Part shown: positions 1 to 7,041 of the stretch, one piece after another
Layout: each line of letters opens with the position of its first letter
Position numbering within the stretch: the stretch's first letter is position 1
Source of the DNA: an uncultured bacterium
GTDB lineage: Bacteria; Patescibacteriota; Minisyncoccia; UBA6257; JAGGUH01
Direction of reading: 5' to 3'
Assembly: GCA_937877385.1 (NCBI GenBank)
Contig: CALGBJ010000041.1
Span: 1 to 24,156, forward strand
Length of the DNA stretch: 24,156 nt
Program-made: the position numbers and the translations under genes
Notes under the pieces: generated by a model
What the model was told of the DNA's origin: nothing
The model's input: the letters and a program-made list of their open reading frames with translations, nothing else
Databases searched by the model: none

Positions 1-1755
1 CCTTTGATTATTAGCCAGCCAGATATCCAATCTTCTGACTGGTACAAGAGATTTGCTTTGATTGTTGAAAAGTTGAAAGAAGGAGAAGATTATGAAGTTG
101 ATGAGAAATTTCGTTCGGTTAGTTTGACTTCTTCTGGTATAAGAAAAATTGAGAAAATGCTGGGGGTGACTAATTTGTATAGCCCGGATAATTTTCATTT
201 AGTTCATTATTTAGATGAGTCCCTTAAAGCCAAGGCCTTGTTTTTTAAAGACAAGGATTACGTGGTTAAAAACAACGAAATAGTTATTGTTGATGAATTT
301 ACTGGTCGGTTAATGCCTGGCCGAAGATTTTCTGGTGGTCTTCATCAGGCATTAGAAGCTAAGGAGAGAGTGCCGGTTAAAGCCGAATCAAGGACTTTGG
401 GGACAATTACTTACCAAAATTACTTCCGTTTGTATGAAAAATTGTCTGGGATGACAGGTACTGCTCAGCCTTCGGCTGAAGAGTTTGATAAGGTTTACCA
501 TTTAGAAGTTGTTTCTATTCCGACTAATAAACCAATGATAAGAAAAGACTTACCTGATTTGGTTTTTTTGACTAAAAAAGCCAAGTTTAGAAATTTAACT
601 AAGAGAGTTTTGGAAGCTTATCAAAAAGGTCGGCCAGTTTTAATAGGTACTCGTTCAATTGAGATGAACGAATTTGTTTCTCGGTTGTTTGAGCAATTTA
701 ATATTCCTCATCAAGTTTTGAATGCTAAACATCACGAAGAAGAAGGAGCGATTATTGCTCAAGCTGGCCGATTAAAAGCCGTGACCGTGGCTACTAATAT
801 GGCTGGTCGAGGAGTAGATATTATTTTAGGAGGAAATCCTCCCGATGAGGAGGAAGCCAAAAAAGTTAAAGAATTGGGCGGTCTTTTAGTTCTTGGTACA
901 GAAAGGCATGAAGCTAGGAGAATTGATGATCAGTTGAGAGGTCGAGCTGGCCGGCAAGGCGATCCTGGCTCAAGCCAATTTTATCTTTCTTTAGAAGATG
1001 ATTTGTTAAGAGTTTTTGGTTCAGAGAGGTTAAAAAAATTGATGGAGAAATTAAATATGCCAGAAGATTTGCCAATAGAGTCAAAATTGGTGGCTAAAGC
1101 AGTTAGAGAAGCCCAAAAAAAGATTGAAGGCATAAATTTTGATATTAGAAAAAGGACCTTAGAATACGATGAAGTCCTTCAAAAACAAAGAGAGAAATTT
1201 TATCAAGAAAGAGATAGTATTCTTTTAGCTGAAAAAGAAAATCTTCTTTTAGAAAAAGCCAAAAAGATTATTCTTAATTCTTTAAGAAAAATAACTCTTA
1301 GTTATTTTTCTCTTCCTCAAGAAAATTCTTTAGCTGAAATGTTTCTCAATCTTGGTTTAATTCAAGAAAAAGAAAGTTTTATAGAGAAGATTAAAGAGGC
1401 AAAGGAAAAAGAAGACCAGTCTCTTTTAGAGTCTTATTTAAGAGAAATTTCTTTAAAGGTTTTTGAAGAGAAATTTAAAGATATCGAAAAAAGAAATAAC
1501 GAAGAAAAAAGTAAGGTTTTCTTAACAATTAAAGTTTTGAGTTTGCAAATTTTAGATAACCTTTGGTCTCAGCATTTGGAAGATATGGAATCCTTAAGAG
1601 AATCAGTTAATATCAGGGCTTGGGGTCAAAGAGACCCTTTGGTTGAGTACAAAACTGAATCTCTAAAGATTTGGCGCGATTTCTTTGATAAATTTGAGCT
1701 TCTTTTTTTCCAAAACTTCTTTCTTTTCCTCAAGAAAATAACTAATGCTAGTTAG
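1..1755 (+). CDS. secA: Preprotein translocase subunit SecA (5' part outside window)
   Basis: SecA motifs IVDEFTGRLMPGRRFSGGLHQALEAKE, GMTGTA, VATNMAGRGVDIILGG, GTERHEARRIDDQLRGRAGRQGDPGSSQFYLSLEDDLLRVF, QRDPLVEYK. The frame is open to base 1 (cct ttg att att = P-L-I-I), so the TTG at 4 is internal. No C-terminal SEC-C zinc motif. Confidence 0.98.
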   Translation, partial: PLIISQPDIQSSDWYKRFALIVEKLKEGEDYEVDEKFRSVSLTSSGIRKIEKMLGVTNLYSPDNFHLVHYLDESLKAKALFFKDKDYVVKNNEIVIVDEFTGRLMPGRRFSGGLHQALEAKERVPVKAESRTLGTITYQNYFRLYEKLSGMTGTAQPSAEEFDKVYHLEVVSIPTNKPMIRKDLPDLVFLTKKAKFRNLTKRVLEAYQKGRPVLIGTRSIEMNEFVSRLFEQFNIPHQVLNAKHHEEEGAIIAQAGRLKAVTVATNMAGRGVDIILGGNPPDEEEAKKVKELGGLLVLGTERHEARRIDDQLRGRAGRQGDPGSSQFYLSLEDDLLRVFGSERLKKLMEKLNMPEDLPIESKLVAKAVREAQKKIEGINFDIRKRTLEYDEVLQKQREKFYQERDSILLAEKENLLLEKAKKIILNSLRKITLSYFSLPQENSLAEMFLNLGLIQEKESFIEKIKEAKEKEDQSLLESYLREISLKVFEEKFKDIEKRNNEEKSKVFLTIKVLSLQILDNLWSQHLEDMESLRESVNIRAWGQRDPLVEYKTESLKIWRDFFDKFELLFFQNFFLFLKKITNAS

Positions 1756-2110
1756 AAAGGAAGATATTATTTGGACTAAGCATTCTCAAGAGAAGTTAAG
1801 GGAATATAATTTGAGCAAGTCGAGGATTGTTAGAGTTTTGAGGAATCCGCAAAGAGTAGAAGAGGGTATTGCGCCGAGAACTTTGGCTTTGATGCAACCG
1901 GCTGGTTCAAAAAAACATCCTTATGAGATTTGGCTGATGGCCCAGATAATTTTTCCTAAAAGAAAGAAAGTTAAGGAAATTGATAGAATTGATAAGAGAT
2001 ATAAGGTTAGAATTATTAGTGCTTGGAAATATCCTGGTCAAACTCCGATAGGTAAGCCGATAAAGATTCCTGAAGATGCTTTAGAAGAGTTGGCTAAGTT
2101 TTCTTTTTGA
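1745..2110 (+). CDS. Hypothetical protein, DUF4258-like (RelE/BrnT-type fold)
   Basis: N-terminal IIWTKHSQEKLREYNLSKSRIVRVLRNP resembles the DUF4258 pattern (x-x-T-x-H-A-x-x-R/K-M/L); C-terminal VRIISAW. Overlaps the secA stop by 11 nt. Confidence 0.5.
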   Translation: MLVRKEDIIWTKHSQEKLREYNLSKSRIVRVLRNPQRVEEGIAPRTLALMQPAGSKKHPYEIWLMAQIIFPKRKKVKEIDRIDKRYKVRIISAWKYPGQTPIGKPIKIPEDALEELAKFSF

Positions 2111-2129
2111 AATCTTCAGGTTTTTTCTC

Positions 2130-2157
2130 TTGTCTTTTAGGTAGAAATCTTTATAAT
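2130..2157 (+). promoter_or_regulatory. Putative sigma70 promoter TTGTCT-N16-TATAAT
   Basis: Hexamers at 2130-2135 and 2152-2157; ATG 8 nt after the -10 element. Confidence 0.6.
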
Positions 2158-2165
2158 TTTGACAA

Positions 2166-3098
2166 ATGAGTAGATCATTAGTTTTGATTGATGCCAATGC
2201 TTTGATTCATCGTGCTTTCCATGCTTTGCCTCAATTAAAAACCAAAAACGGCCAGCCGATTCAGGCGGTTTATGGTTTTTTTAGTTTATTTTTTAAGATG
2301 TTTAAAGAGATCAAGCCAAGCTATTTGGCGGTTGCTTTTGACAGGCCAGAGGAAACTTTTAGGCATAAAGAATTTGTTGAATACAAAGCTCAAAGACCGA
2401 AGACGCCAGAAGAGTTGGTTTCCCAGATTCCTATAGTTAAGGAAATTCTTTATGCTTTTGGTGTGCCAATTTTAGAAAAAGTTGGTTATGAAGCCGATGA
2501 TATTATTGGAAGTTTAGTAGAGAAATTTAAAGACAATAAAAAAATTGAAAAAGTTATTATTGTTACTGGCGATTTGGATAGTTTGCAATTGGTTAAGAAT
2601 GAAAAGGTTTTAGTTTGGACATTAAAAACTGGGCTTAGTCAGTCGATTGTTTATGACGAAAAGAAAGTTAGAAAAAGATTTGCTTTAGGGCCAGCTAATT
2701 TAGTTGATTTTAAAGCCCTTAAGGGCGATCCTTCTGATAACATTCCCGGAGTTCCTGGTATTGGCGAGAAAACGGCTCAGAAATTGATTGCCAAATTTAA
2801 AACTTTAGAAAATCTTTATCAGAAATTAGAAAAAGAGCCAGAAGAATTCGCTGATTTTCCTAAAAAAGTTATTTCTTCTTTAAAAGAAAATAAGGAAAAG
2901 GCCTTTTTTAGCAAAAAACTCATTGCTCTTCGTTTAGATCTTGGTTTAAAAATCAGTTTTGGCGATTTAACTCTAAAAATTAATCAAAAAAAGATAAAAG
3001 AACTTTTTCAAAAATATGAATTTAATACTCTCTGGCAGAGATTTTTAGAAATTTTTTCTCCTGAAAAAGAGAAAAAACAAGAGAGTTTGATTTTTTAA
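2166..3098 (+). CDS. Stand-alone 5'-3' exonuclease/flap endonuclease (Pol I N-terminal domain, no polymerase domain)
   Basis: LIDANALIHRAFHA, AVAFD, YKAQR, GYEADDIIG, TGDLDSLQL, LKGDPSDNIPGVPGIGEKTA (H3TH). Stops at 310 aa. Confidence 0.93.
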   Translation: MSRSLVLIDANALIHRAFHALPQLKTKNGQPIQAVYGFFSLFFKMFKEIKPSYLAVAFDRPEETFRHKEFVEYKAQRPKTPEELVSQIPIVKEILYAFGVPILEKVGYEADDIIGSLVEKFKDNKKIEKVIIVTGDLDSLQLVKNEKVLVWTLKTGLSQSIVYDEKKVRKRFALGPANLVDFKALKGDPSDNIPGVPGIGEKTAQKLIAKFKTLENLYQKLEKEPEEFADFPKKVISSLKENKEKAFFSKKLIALRLDLGLKISFGDLTLKINQKKIKELFQKYEFNTLWQRFLEIFSPEKEKKQESLIF

Positions 3099-3100
3099 AA

Positions 3101-4435
3101 ATGAAAAATAATTGGAAAATTTTTAAAAAAACCTTTAGAGAGCTTTCTTTATTTTGGCCTTTTTTCTTCTTTTTGTTTTTTCTTGTCCTTTTTTTAGTTT
3201 TTTATTCTTTTAAGTTTTCTTGGTTTAGTTTCTTTTTTTTAGCAATTTTATCTATCTTTCTTTTTTTAGTTTTCAGACAGATTTTCTCTTTGATCAAAAG
3301 ATATTTTATTTTAAGCAAAGAAAGAAACTATATTCTTTCTATAGTTGAGGGCTTGCTTGATGCGGTTATTGCTTACGATGAGGATTTTGTTGTTACTGTT
3401 TTTAATTCTTCGGCTGAAAAAATGTTCTCTTTGTCAAAGAAAGAAGTTATTGGCAAGGTGATTAAACCTTCTTTGATAAGAGAGCCCTCTTGGCAACTTT
3501 TGGTTCAAGTTGTTTTTCCTTCTTTGGCACCGGCAATAAAGAACAGGGTTAAGAGCAAGTTTCGTGAGGAGTTTGATTTGGTTTTTAAAGAACCAGAAAG
3601 AGAATTTCATATTTCTTCTGGTCGCTTGTTAGATGCTAAAGGAAAAATAATTGGTTTCGTTAAAGTTATTCACGATTCTACCAGAGAGAGACAACTTCTT
3701 AAAGAAAAAACAGAATTTTTAGATATTGCTGCTCATAATTTAAATACACCGGCAACTGAAATTAGATGGGGTATAGAAACTTTGTCTCAGATTTTACAGG
3801 AAAGAAAGGACCTTCCTCAAGAGGTTTCTTCTTTGATTAGTAAGCTTAAACGAGCAATTAGTAATTTGATTGAGATAGTTGATGAAATTCTTTCGGCCGC
3901 CAAAATAGAGGAAGGAAGGTTTGGTTATAATTTCCAATTAGGTGACATAGAGGAATTGATAGAAGAGAGATTAAAAAAATGGTTGGATATTGCTCAGAAG
4001 CATTCGCTAAAAGTTTATTTTTCTAAAAGTAAAGAGAGATTGCCAAAAGTGTTTTTTGATAAGTTTAGGATCGGTTTGGTTATAGACAATCTTTTAGAAA
4101 ATGCCATTCTTTATAATGTTAAAAACGGAGAGATTGAAGTGAAAGTAGAGAAAGATCCTCAAAGACCTTATTTAATTGTTAGTGTTAGAGATACTGGTAT
4201 TGGTATCGGCGAAAAAGAGAGAGAAAAAGTTTTTGCTAAATTTTTCCGTTCAGAGAAAGCCAAAAAACATCAAGTTGAAGGTATCGGTTTGGGCCTTTAT
4301 ATTTGCCGCAATATTATTCGTCGGCACGGAGGCAAAATATGGTTTAAATCAGTAGAGAATCGTGGTTCTACTTTTTATTTTTCTCTACCAGTTAAAAAAG
4401 AATTAATCCCACCGAAAGAAGTACCTTTGGTTTGA
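3101..4435 (+). CDS. Membrane sensor histidine kinase (2 TM, PAS, HisKA, HATPase_c)
   Basis: Phe/Leu-rich N-terminal TM pair; PAS-like DAVIAYDEDFVVTVFNSSAEKMF; H-box AAHNLNTP; N-box NLLENAILY; G1 VRDTGIGI; F-box FAKFFR; G2 GIGLGLYI. Confidence 0.92.
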   Translation: MKNNWKIFKKTFRELSLFWPFFFFLFFLVLFLVFYSFKFSWFSFFFLAILSIFLFLVFRQIFSLIKRYFILSKERNYILSIVEGLLDAVIAYDEDFVVTVFNSSAEKMFSLSKKEVIGKVIKPSLIREPSWQLLVQVVFPSLAPAIKNRVKSKFREEFDLVFKEPEREFHISSGRLLDAKGKIIGFVKVIHDSTRERQLLKEKTEFLDIAAHNLNTPATEIRWGIETLSQILQERKDLPQEVSSLISKLKRAISNLIEIVDEILSAAKIEEGRFGYNFQLGDIEELIEERLKKWLDIAQKHSLKVYFSKSKERLPKVFFDKFRIGLVIDNLLENAILYNVKNGEIEVKVEKDPQRPYLIVSVRDTGIGIGEKEREKVFAKFFRSEKAKKHQVEGIGLGLYICRNIIRRHGGKIWFKSVENRGSTFYFSLPVKKELIPPKEVPLV

Positions 4436-4444
4436 GGAGGGCAA

Positions 4445-4993
4445 TTAGAATTTCACTTTGGGCACTTCTCGGGCTTCCTCTTCTGTTTCAAAAAAAGGAT
4501 ATTTTTTAAAAGAGAAAAATTTGACTATCAAGTTGTTGGGAAATTTCTCTAGAGCAATATTGTAGTCTCTAACATTGCTGTTGTAAAATCTTCTGGCTGC
4601 TTGAATTTTATCCTCGCTGTCGGTGAGGTCTTTCTGGAGCAAAAGAAAATTCTGGCTAGCTTTTAACTGGGGATAATTTTCGGCTACGGCAAAGAGACTT
4701 TTAAGAGTTTGGGTTAAAAAATTTTCGGCTTTAGCTTTTTCTTCTAAAGAGTCAGCTTTGATGGCTTTACTTCTGGCTTCAGTTACTTTGGTTAAAACCT
4801 CTTTTTCATGCCAGGCATAACCTTTAACTGTTTCTACTAAATTTGGAATTAAGTTATACCTTCTCTTTAATTGAACTTCAATATCAGCCCAGGCTTCTTT
4901 AACTTGATTTTTAAGTCGGATTAATTTGTTGTAAACAAAAACCAACCAAAGAAAAATAATAGCAATAAGGGAAAGGATTATTTTTAAAATCAT
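4445..4993 (-). CDS. lemA: LemA family protein
   Basis: N-terminal TM, YNKLIRLKNQVKEAWADIEVQLKRRYNLIPNLVETVKGY, AVAENYPQLKASQNF, AARRFYNSNVRDYN. Confidence 0.96.
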   Translation of the reverse strand: MILKIILSLIAIIFLWLVFVYNKLIRLKNQVKEAWADIEVQLKRRYNLIPNLVETVKGYAWHEKEVLTKVTEARSKAIKADSLEEKAKAENFLTQTLKSLFAVAENYPQLKASQNFLLLQKDLTDSEDKIQAARRFYNSNVRDYNIALEKFPNNLIVKFFSFKKYPFFETEEEAREVPKVKF

Positions 4994-5009
4994 ATTTTTT
5001 TCTTTAAAT

Positions 5010-5144
5010 GGCCTCGCCTGGCGAGATTTCCCGGCTTAACACCAGGTGGGTGCCCATACCATTACTCTGTTCCTCAGAACTGGAGTAGTGGATCCGGGCT
5101 CCCGAAAGATGATGTTCGACCCGAGATCTTGCCTAAGCGAGACC
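5010..5144 (-). ncRNA. ssrS: 6S RNA-like (SsrS), compact ~135 nt
   Basis: GC-rich island whose minus strand folds by hand into one long irregular rod: GGUCUCGCUUAGGC/GCCAGGCGAGGCC closing stem, AGAU/AUCU, CUCGG/CCGGG, central bubble, GGGAGCCC/GGGCACCC, CCACUACUC/GAGUAAUGG, GUUC-UGAG-GAAC apex. GAACAU...GGGAGCCC and GGGCACCCACCUG match motifs I recall from Bacillus 6S-1 RNA. A promoter lies directly upstream. Confidence 0.75.
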
Positions 5145-5150
5145 ACTTTC

Positions 5151-5179
5151 ATAATAGCAAAAAAACTTTTTTAAAGCAA
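5151..5179 (-). promoter_or_regulatory. Putative sigma70 promoter of the 6S-like RNA: TTGCTT-N17-TATTAT with extended -10 TG
   Basis: Minus-strand TTGCTT 5179-5174, TG 5159-5158, TATTAT 5156-5151; predicted start near 5144, the first base of the closing stem. Confidence 0.65.
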
Positions 5180-5256
5180 GCCAATAACTGCCAATTGCCA
5201 ATTGGCAATTGGCAGTTAGCTATTAGCTATTAGCTATTGGCTGTTGGCTATTGGCA
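5180..5256. repeat. Heptamer array (RTTRGCW x8) with inverted units forming a perfect 34-bp palindrome at 5185-5218
   Basis: attggca attggca gttagct attagct attagct attggct gttggct attggca (5201-5256); TAACTGCCAATTGCCAA|TTGGCAATTGGCAGTTA is its own reverse complement. Confidence 0.92.
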
Positions 5257-5267
5257 AATAGATATTC

Positions 5268-5329
5268 ATAGAAACTTATAGAAATTTATTGAAATTTATT
5301 GTTTTATTGTCTATTAACGAGTTAACGAG
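5268..5329. repeat. Short tandem repeats: 10-mer ATWGAAAYTT x3 and 8-mer TTAACGAG x2
   Basis: atagaaactt atagaaattt attgaaattt (5268-5297); ttaacgag ttaacgag (5314-5329). Confidence 0.75.
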
Positions 5330-5340
5330 TTTAATATTAA

Positions 5341-5386
5341 AAATTCGAATTTGGGATTTAGAATTTAGAATTTAGAATTTCAAATT
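5341..5386. repeat. Heptamer array GRATTTN x5 (reverse complement of the AAATTCY family)
   Basis: gaatttg ggattta gaattta gaattta gaatttc at 5347-5381. Confidence 0.85.
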
Positions 5387-5423
5387 AAGATATAATCGTG
5401 TCTTAATTAAAAGAAAAAGGAAA

Positions 5424-5789
5424 TTATTTTTTAATGATGAGTTTCCAATCTTGGTAGCAGTTAATTCCCTGATAAATTACTCCTAATAAAAAGCCAAGAA
5501 ATAATTCATTGTTGATAATTGGCAATTTCAAAATAACTCCTAAGATAAGAAGAAGAGTAGAGTAAAGCCAATGGTGAAGATGAATTTGCCAATTTTTTAT
5601 TTTAATAATCAGAGATTTAAAAATTTTTGGCTGTTCGCCTTCTTTTTTGCCAGCAAGGAATTTGGCAGAAAAATAACCCCAAAGTCCTCCTATTAAAAAT
5701 AAAAAATATCCGCAAGAAATCACCAAAAATAAAAAAAGGAAGATGATTTTTTTCTTAAATTTATTTTTCAAAAAATTTAAAAAATTCAT
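5424..5789 (-). CDS. Hypothetical integral membrane protein with HLHHW motif (ORF track strand label is wrong)
   Basis: Plus strand has CAT at 5787-5789 and TTA at 5424-5426, so the listed protein MNFLNFLKNK... reads on the minus strand. Three hydrophobic segments; IHLHHWLY motif. Confidence 0.8.
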   Translation of the reverse strand: MNFLNFLKNKFKKKIIFLFLFLVISCGYFLFLIGGLWGYFSAKFLAGKKEGEQPKIFKSLIIKIKNWQIHLHHWLYSTLLLILGVILKLPIINNELFLGFLLGVIYQGINCYQDWKLIIKK

Positions 5790-5810
5790 TGCTTTTTTGA
5801 AATTTCTAAA

Positions 5811-5839
5811 ATTCTAAAAGAAAAATAAAAATAAATCAA
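5811..5839 (-). promoter_or_regulatory. Putative sigma70 promoter TTGATT-N17-TAGAAT for the membrane-protein gene
   Basis: Minus-strand hexamers 5839-5834 and 5816-5811; divergent and back-to-back with the yidC promoter. Confidence 0.55.
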
Positions 5840-5850
5840 ATAGAAAAACA

Positions 5851-5879
5851 TTGACTTTTAAGAGGAAAAAAAGTAGAAT
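5851..5879 (+). promoter_or_regulatory. Putative sigma70 promoter TTGACT-N17-TAGAAT of yidC-jag-pheS
   Basis: Hexamers 5851-5856 and 5874-5879, 14 nt before the ATG. Confidence 0.75.
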
Positions 5880-5893
5880 GTGAAGAATTTATT

Positions 5894-6577
5894 ATGTGGC
5901 ATGCAATTTTTATTCAACCGATTTTTAACTTATTAATTTTAATTTACAATATTTTGCCCTATAAAGACATTGGTTTGGCAGTGATTATTTTAACTATTTT
6001 AATTAAAGTCATTCTTTTTCCCTTTCAATATCAAGGGATGAAAACACAAAAGAAGATGGCTTTATTAACACCTGAACTAAAAAAAATTAAAGAGAAGCAT
6101 AAAAACGATTTGACCAAACAAGCCGAGGAGATGAGAAACCTCTATAAAAAGCATCGAGTTAATCCTTTTGCTACTTTAGCTTTTTTAATCCAGATACCGG
6201 TTATTTTTGCTCTCTACCGAGTTTTTTGGGGAGGTTTTTTACCAGAAAAATTAAGTCAAGAACTTTATCATTTTGTTGCCAATCCTGGCCAAGTGAATCT
6301 TTTATTTTTAGGCATTATTAATCTCTCTCAGAAGAATTTCTTCTTGGCTTTTTTAACTGGCTTAACTCAGTATCTGCAATCAAAATTTTTTTCCAAACAA
6401 ACTTTGGCTGGTCAGTCAGGAGGTTTTTCTAAAAAAATTCAAGAACAAATGATTTTCTTAGGACCAGTTTTTTCTTTTGTTGTTGCTGCTAGTTTGCCGT
6501 CTATTATTGCCCTCTACTGGCTAGTTTCAAATTTATTTTCTTTTGTCGAAAGTTTTTATTTATTCAGGAAAAAATAA
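5894..6577 (+). CDS. yidC: Membrane protein insertase YidC/Oxa1, short form without the large periplasmic domain
   Basis: IGLAVIILTILIKVILFP, PELKKIKEKHK, LYKKHRVNPF, LIQIPVIFALYRVF, LPSIIALYWLVSNLFS. Confidence 0.95.
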   Translation: MWHAIFIQPIFNLLILIYNILPYKDIGLAVIILTILIKVILFPFQYQGMKTQKKMALLTPELKKIKEKHKNDLTKQAEEMRNLYKKHRVNPFATLAFLIQIPVIFALYRVFWGGFLPEKLSQELYHFVANPGQVNLLFLGIINLSQKNFFLAFLTGLTQYLQSKFFSKQTLAGQSGGFSKKIQEQMIFLGPVFSFVVAASLPSIIALYWLVSNLFSFVESFYLFRKK

Positions 6578-6579
6578 AG

Positions 6580-7038
6580 ATGGAGGAAAATGAATTAAAA
6601 GAAAAAATTTTAAGTTTTGTTAAATATCTTTTTAGTAAACCCGAGCTTTTAGAGGTGAAAGTTAGTAAGAAGGATGATTCTTGGCAAATTCTTCTTTTTC
6701 ATCCTTATGAGGAAAATTTAGCCAACCGAAACGAAGAAGTTTTGGAAGCAATTGAAACTATTATTAGAAAAATTATTTTTAAAAAAACTAAAGAAATAGT
6801 CCCTATTTATTTTGACTTTAATAATCTTAAAAAGAAGAAAGAAGAAAAATTAAGAGAAATCGTCAGAAAAATTGCCCTTAAAGTTTCTCACACTAAAGAA
6901 GAAATTACCTTGCCAAAGATGAATTCTTATCAAAGAAGAATTGTTCATTTAGAAATTGCTCAATATCCTGATTTACAAACAGAAAGTATTGGTGAGGAAC
7001 CGGAGAGAAGAGTGGTTATAAAATATAGAGAAAAATAA
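6580..7038 (+). CDS. jag: Jag/EloR-like RNA-binding protein (KH-like plus R3H)
   Basis: R3H motif LPKMNSYQRRIVH...ESIGEEPERRVVI; canonical position after yidC. Confidence 0.85.
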   Translation: MEENELKEKILSFVKYLFSKPELLEVKVSKKDDSWQILLFHPYEENLANRNEEVLEAIETIIRKIIFKKTKEIVPIYFDFNNLKKKKEEKLREIVRKIALKVSHTKEEITLPKMNSYQRRIVHLEIAQYPDLQTESIGEEPERRVVIKYREK

Positions 7039-7041
7039 AAA

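Noticed and set aside
4-6. TTG as the secA start codon
   Set aside because: The frame is open upstream and the protein begins mid-domain; the true start lies outside the window.
1560-1755. Loss of the SecA C-terminal zinc-binding tail as a novelty
   Set aside because: Common in many bacterial lineages lacking SecB-type chaperoning; not distinctive.
5010-5144. tRNA, SRP RNA, tmRNA or RNase P identity for the GC-rich island
   Set aside because: No cloverleaf/TTCG arm with CCA end, no SRP GGAA-tetraloop domain IV and no RNase P GAGGAAAGUCC core; the rod fold and motifs fit 6S better.
5180-5386. CRISPR array interpretation of the intergenic repeats (also 14628-14958 and 24023-24156)
   Set aside because: Units are 7-10 bp in tandem without unique spacers, and no cas genes are present.
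5383-5408. AATTAAGATAT-AATC-GTGTCTTAATT hairpin as terminator of the membrane-protein gene
   Set aside because: AT-rich stem, C-A mismatches on the relevant minus strand and no U-tract; too weak to call.
5424-5789. ORF track strand '+'
   Set aside because: The start (CAT at 5787-5789) and stop (TTA at 5424-5426) show that the protein is encoded on the minus strand.
5851-7038. oriC near yidC-jag
   Set aside because: No cluster of DnaA boxes and no dnaA/dnaN/rpmH genes in the window.
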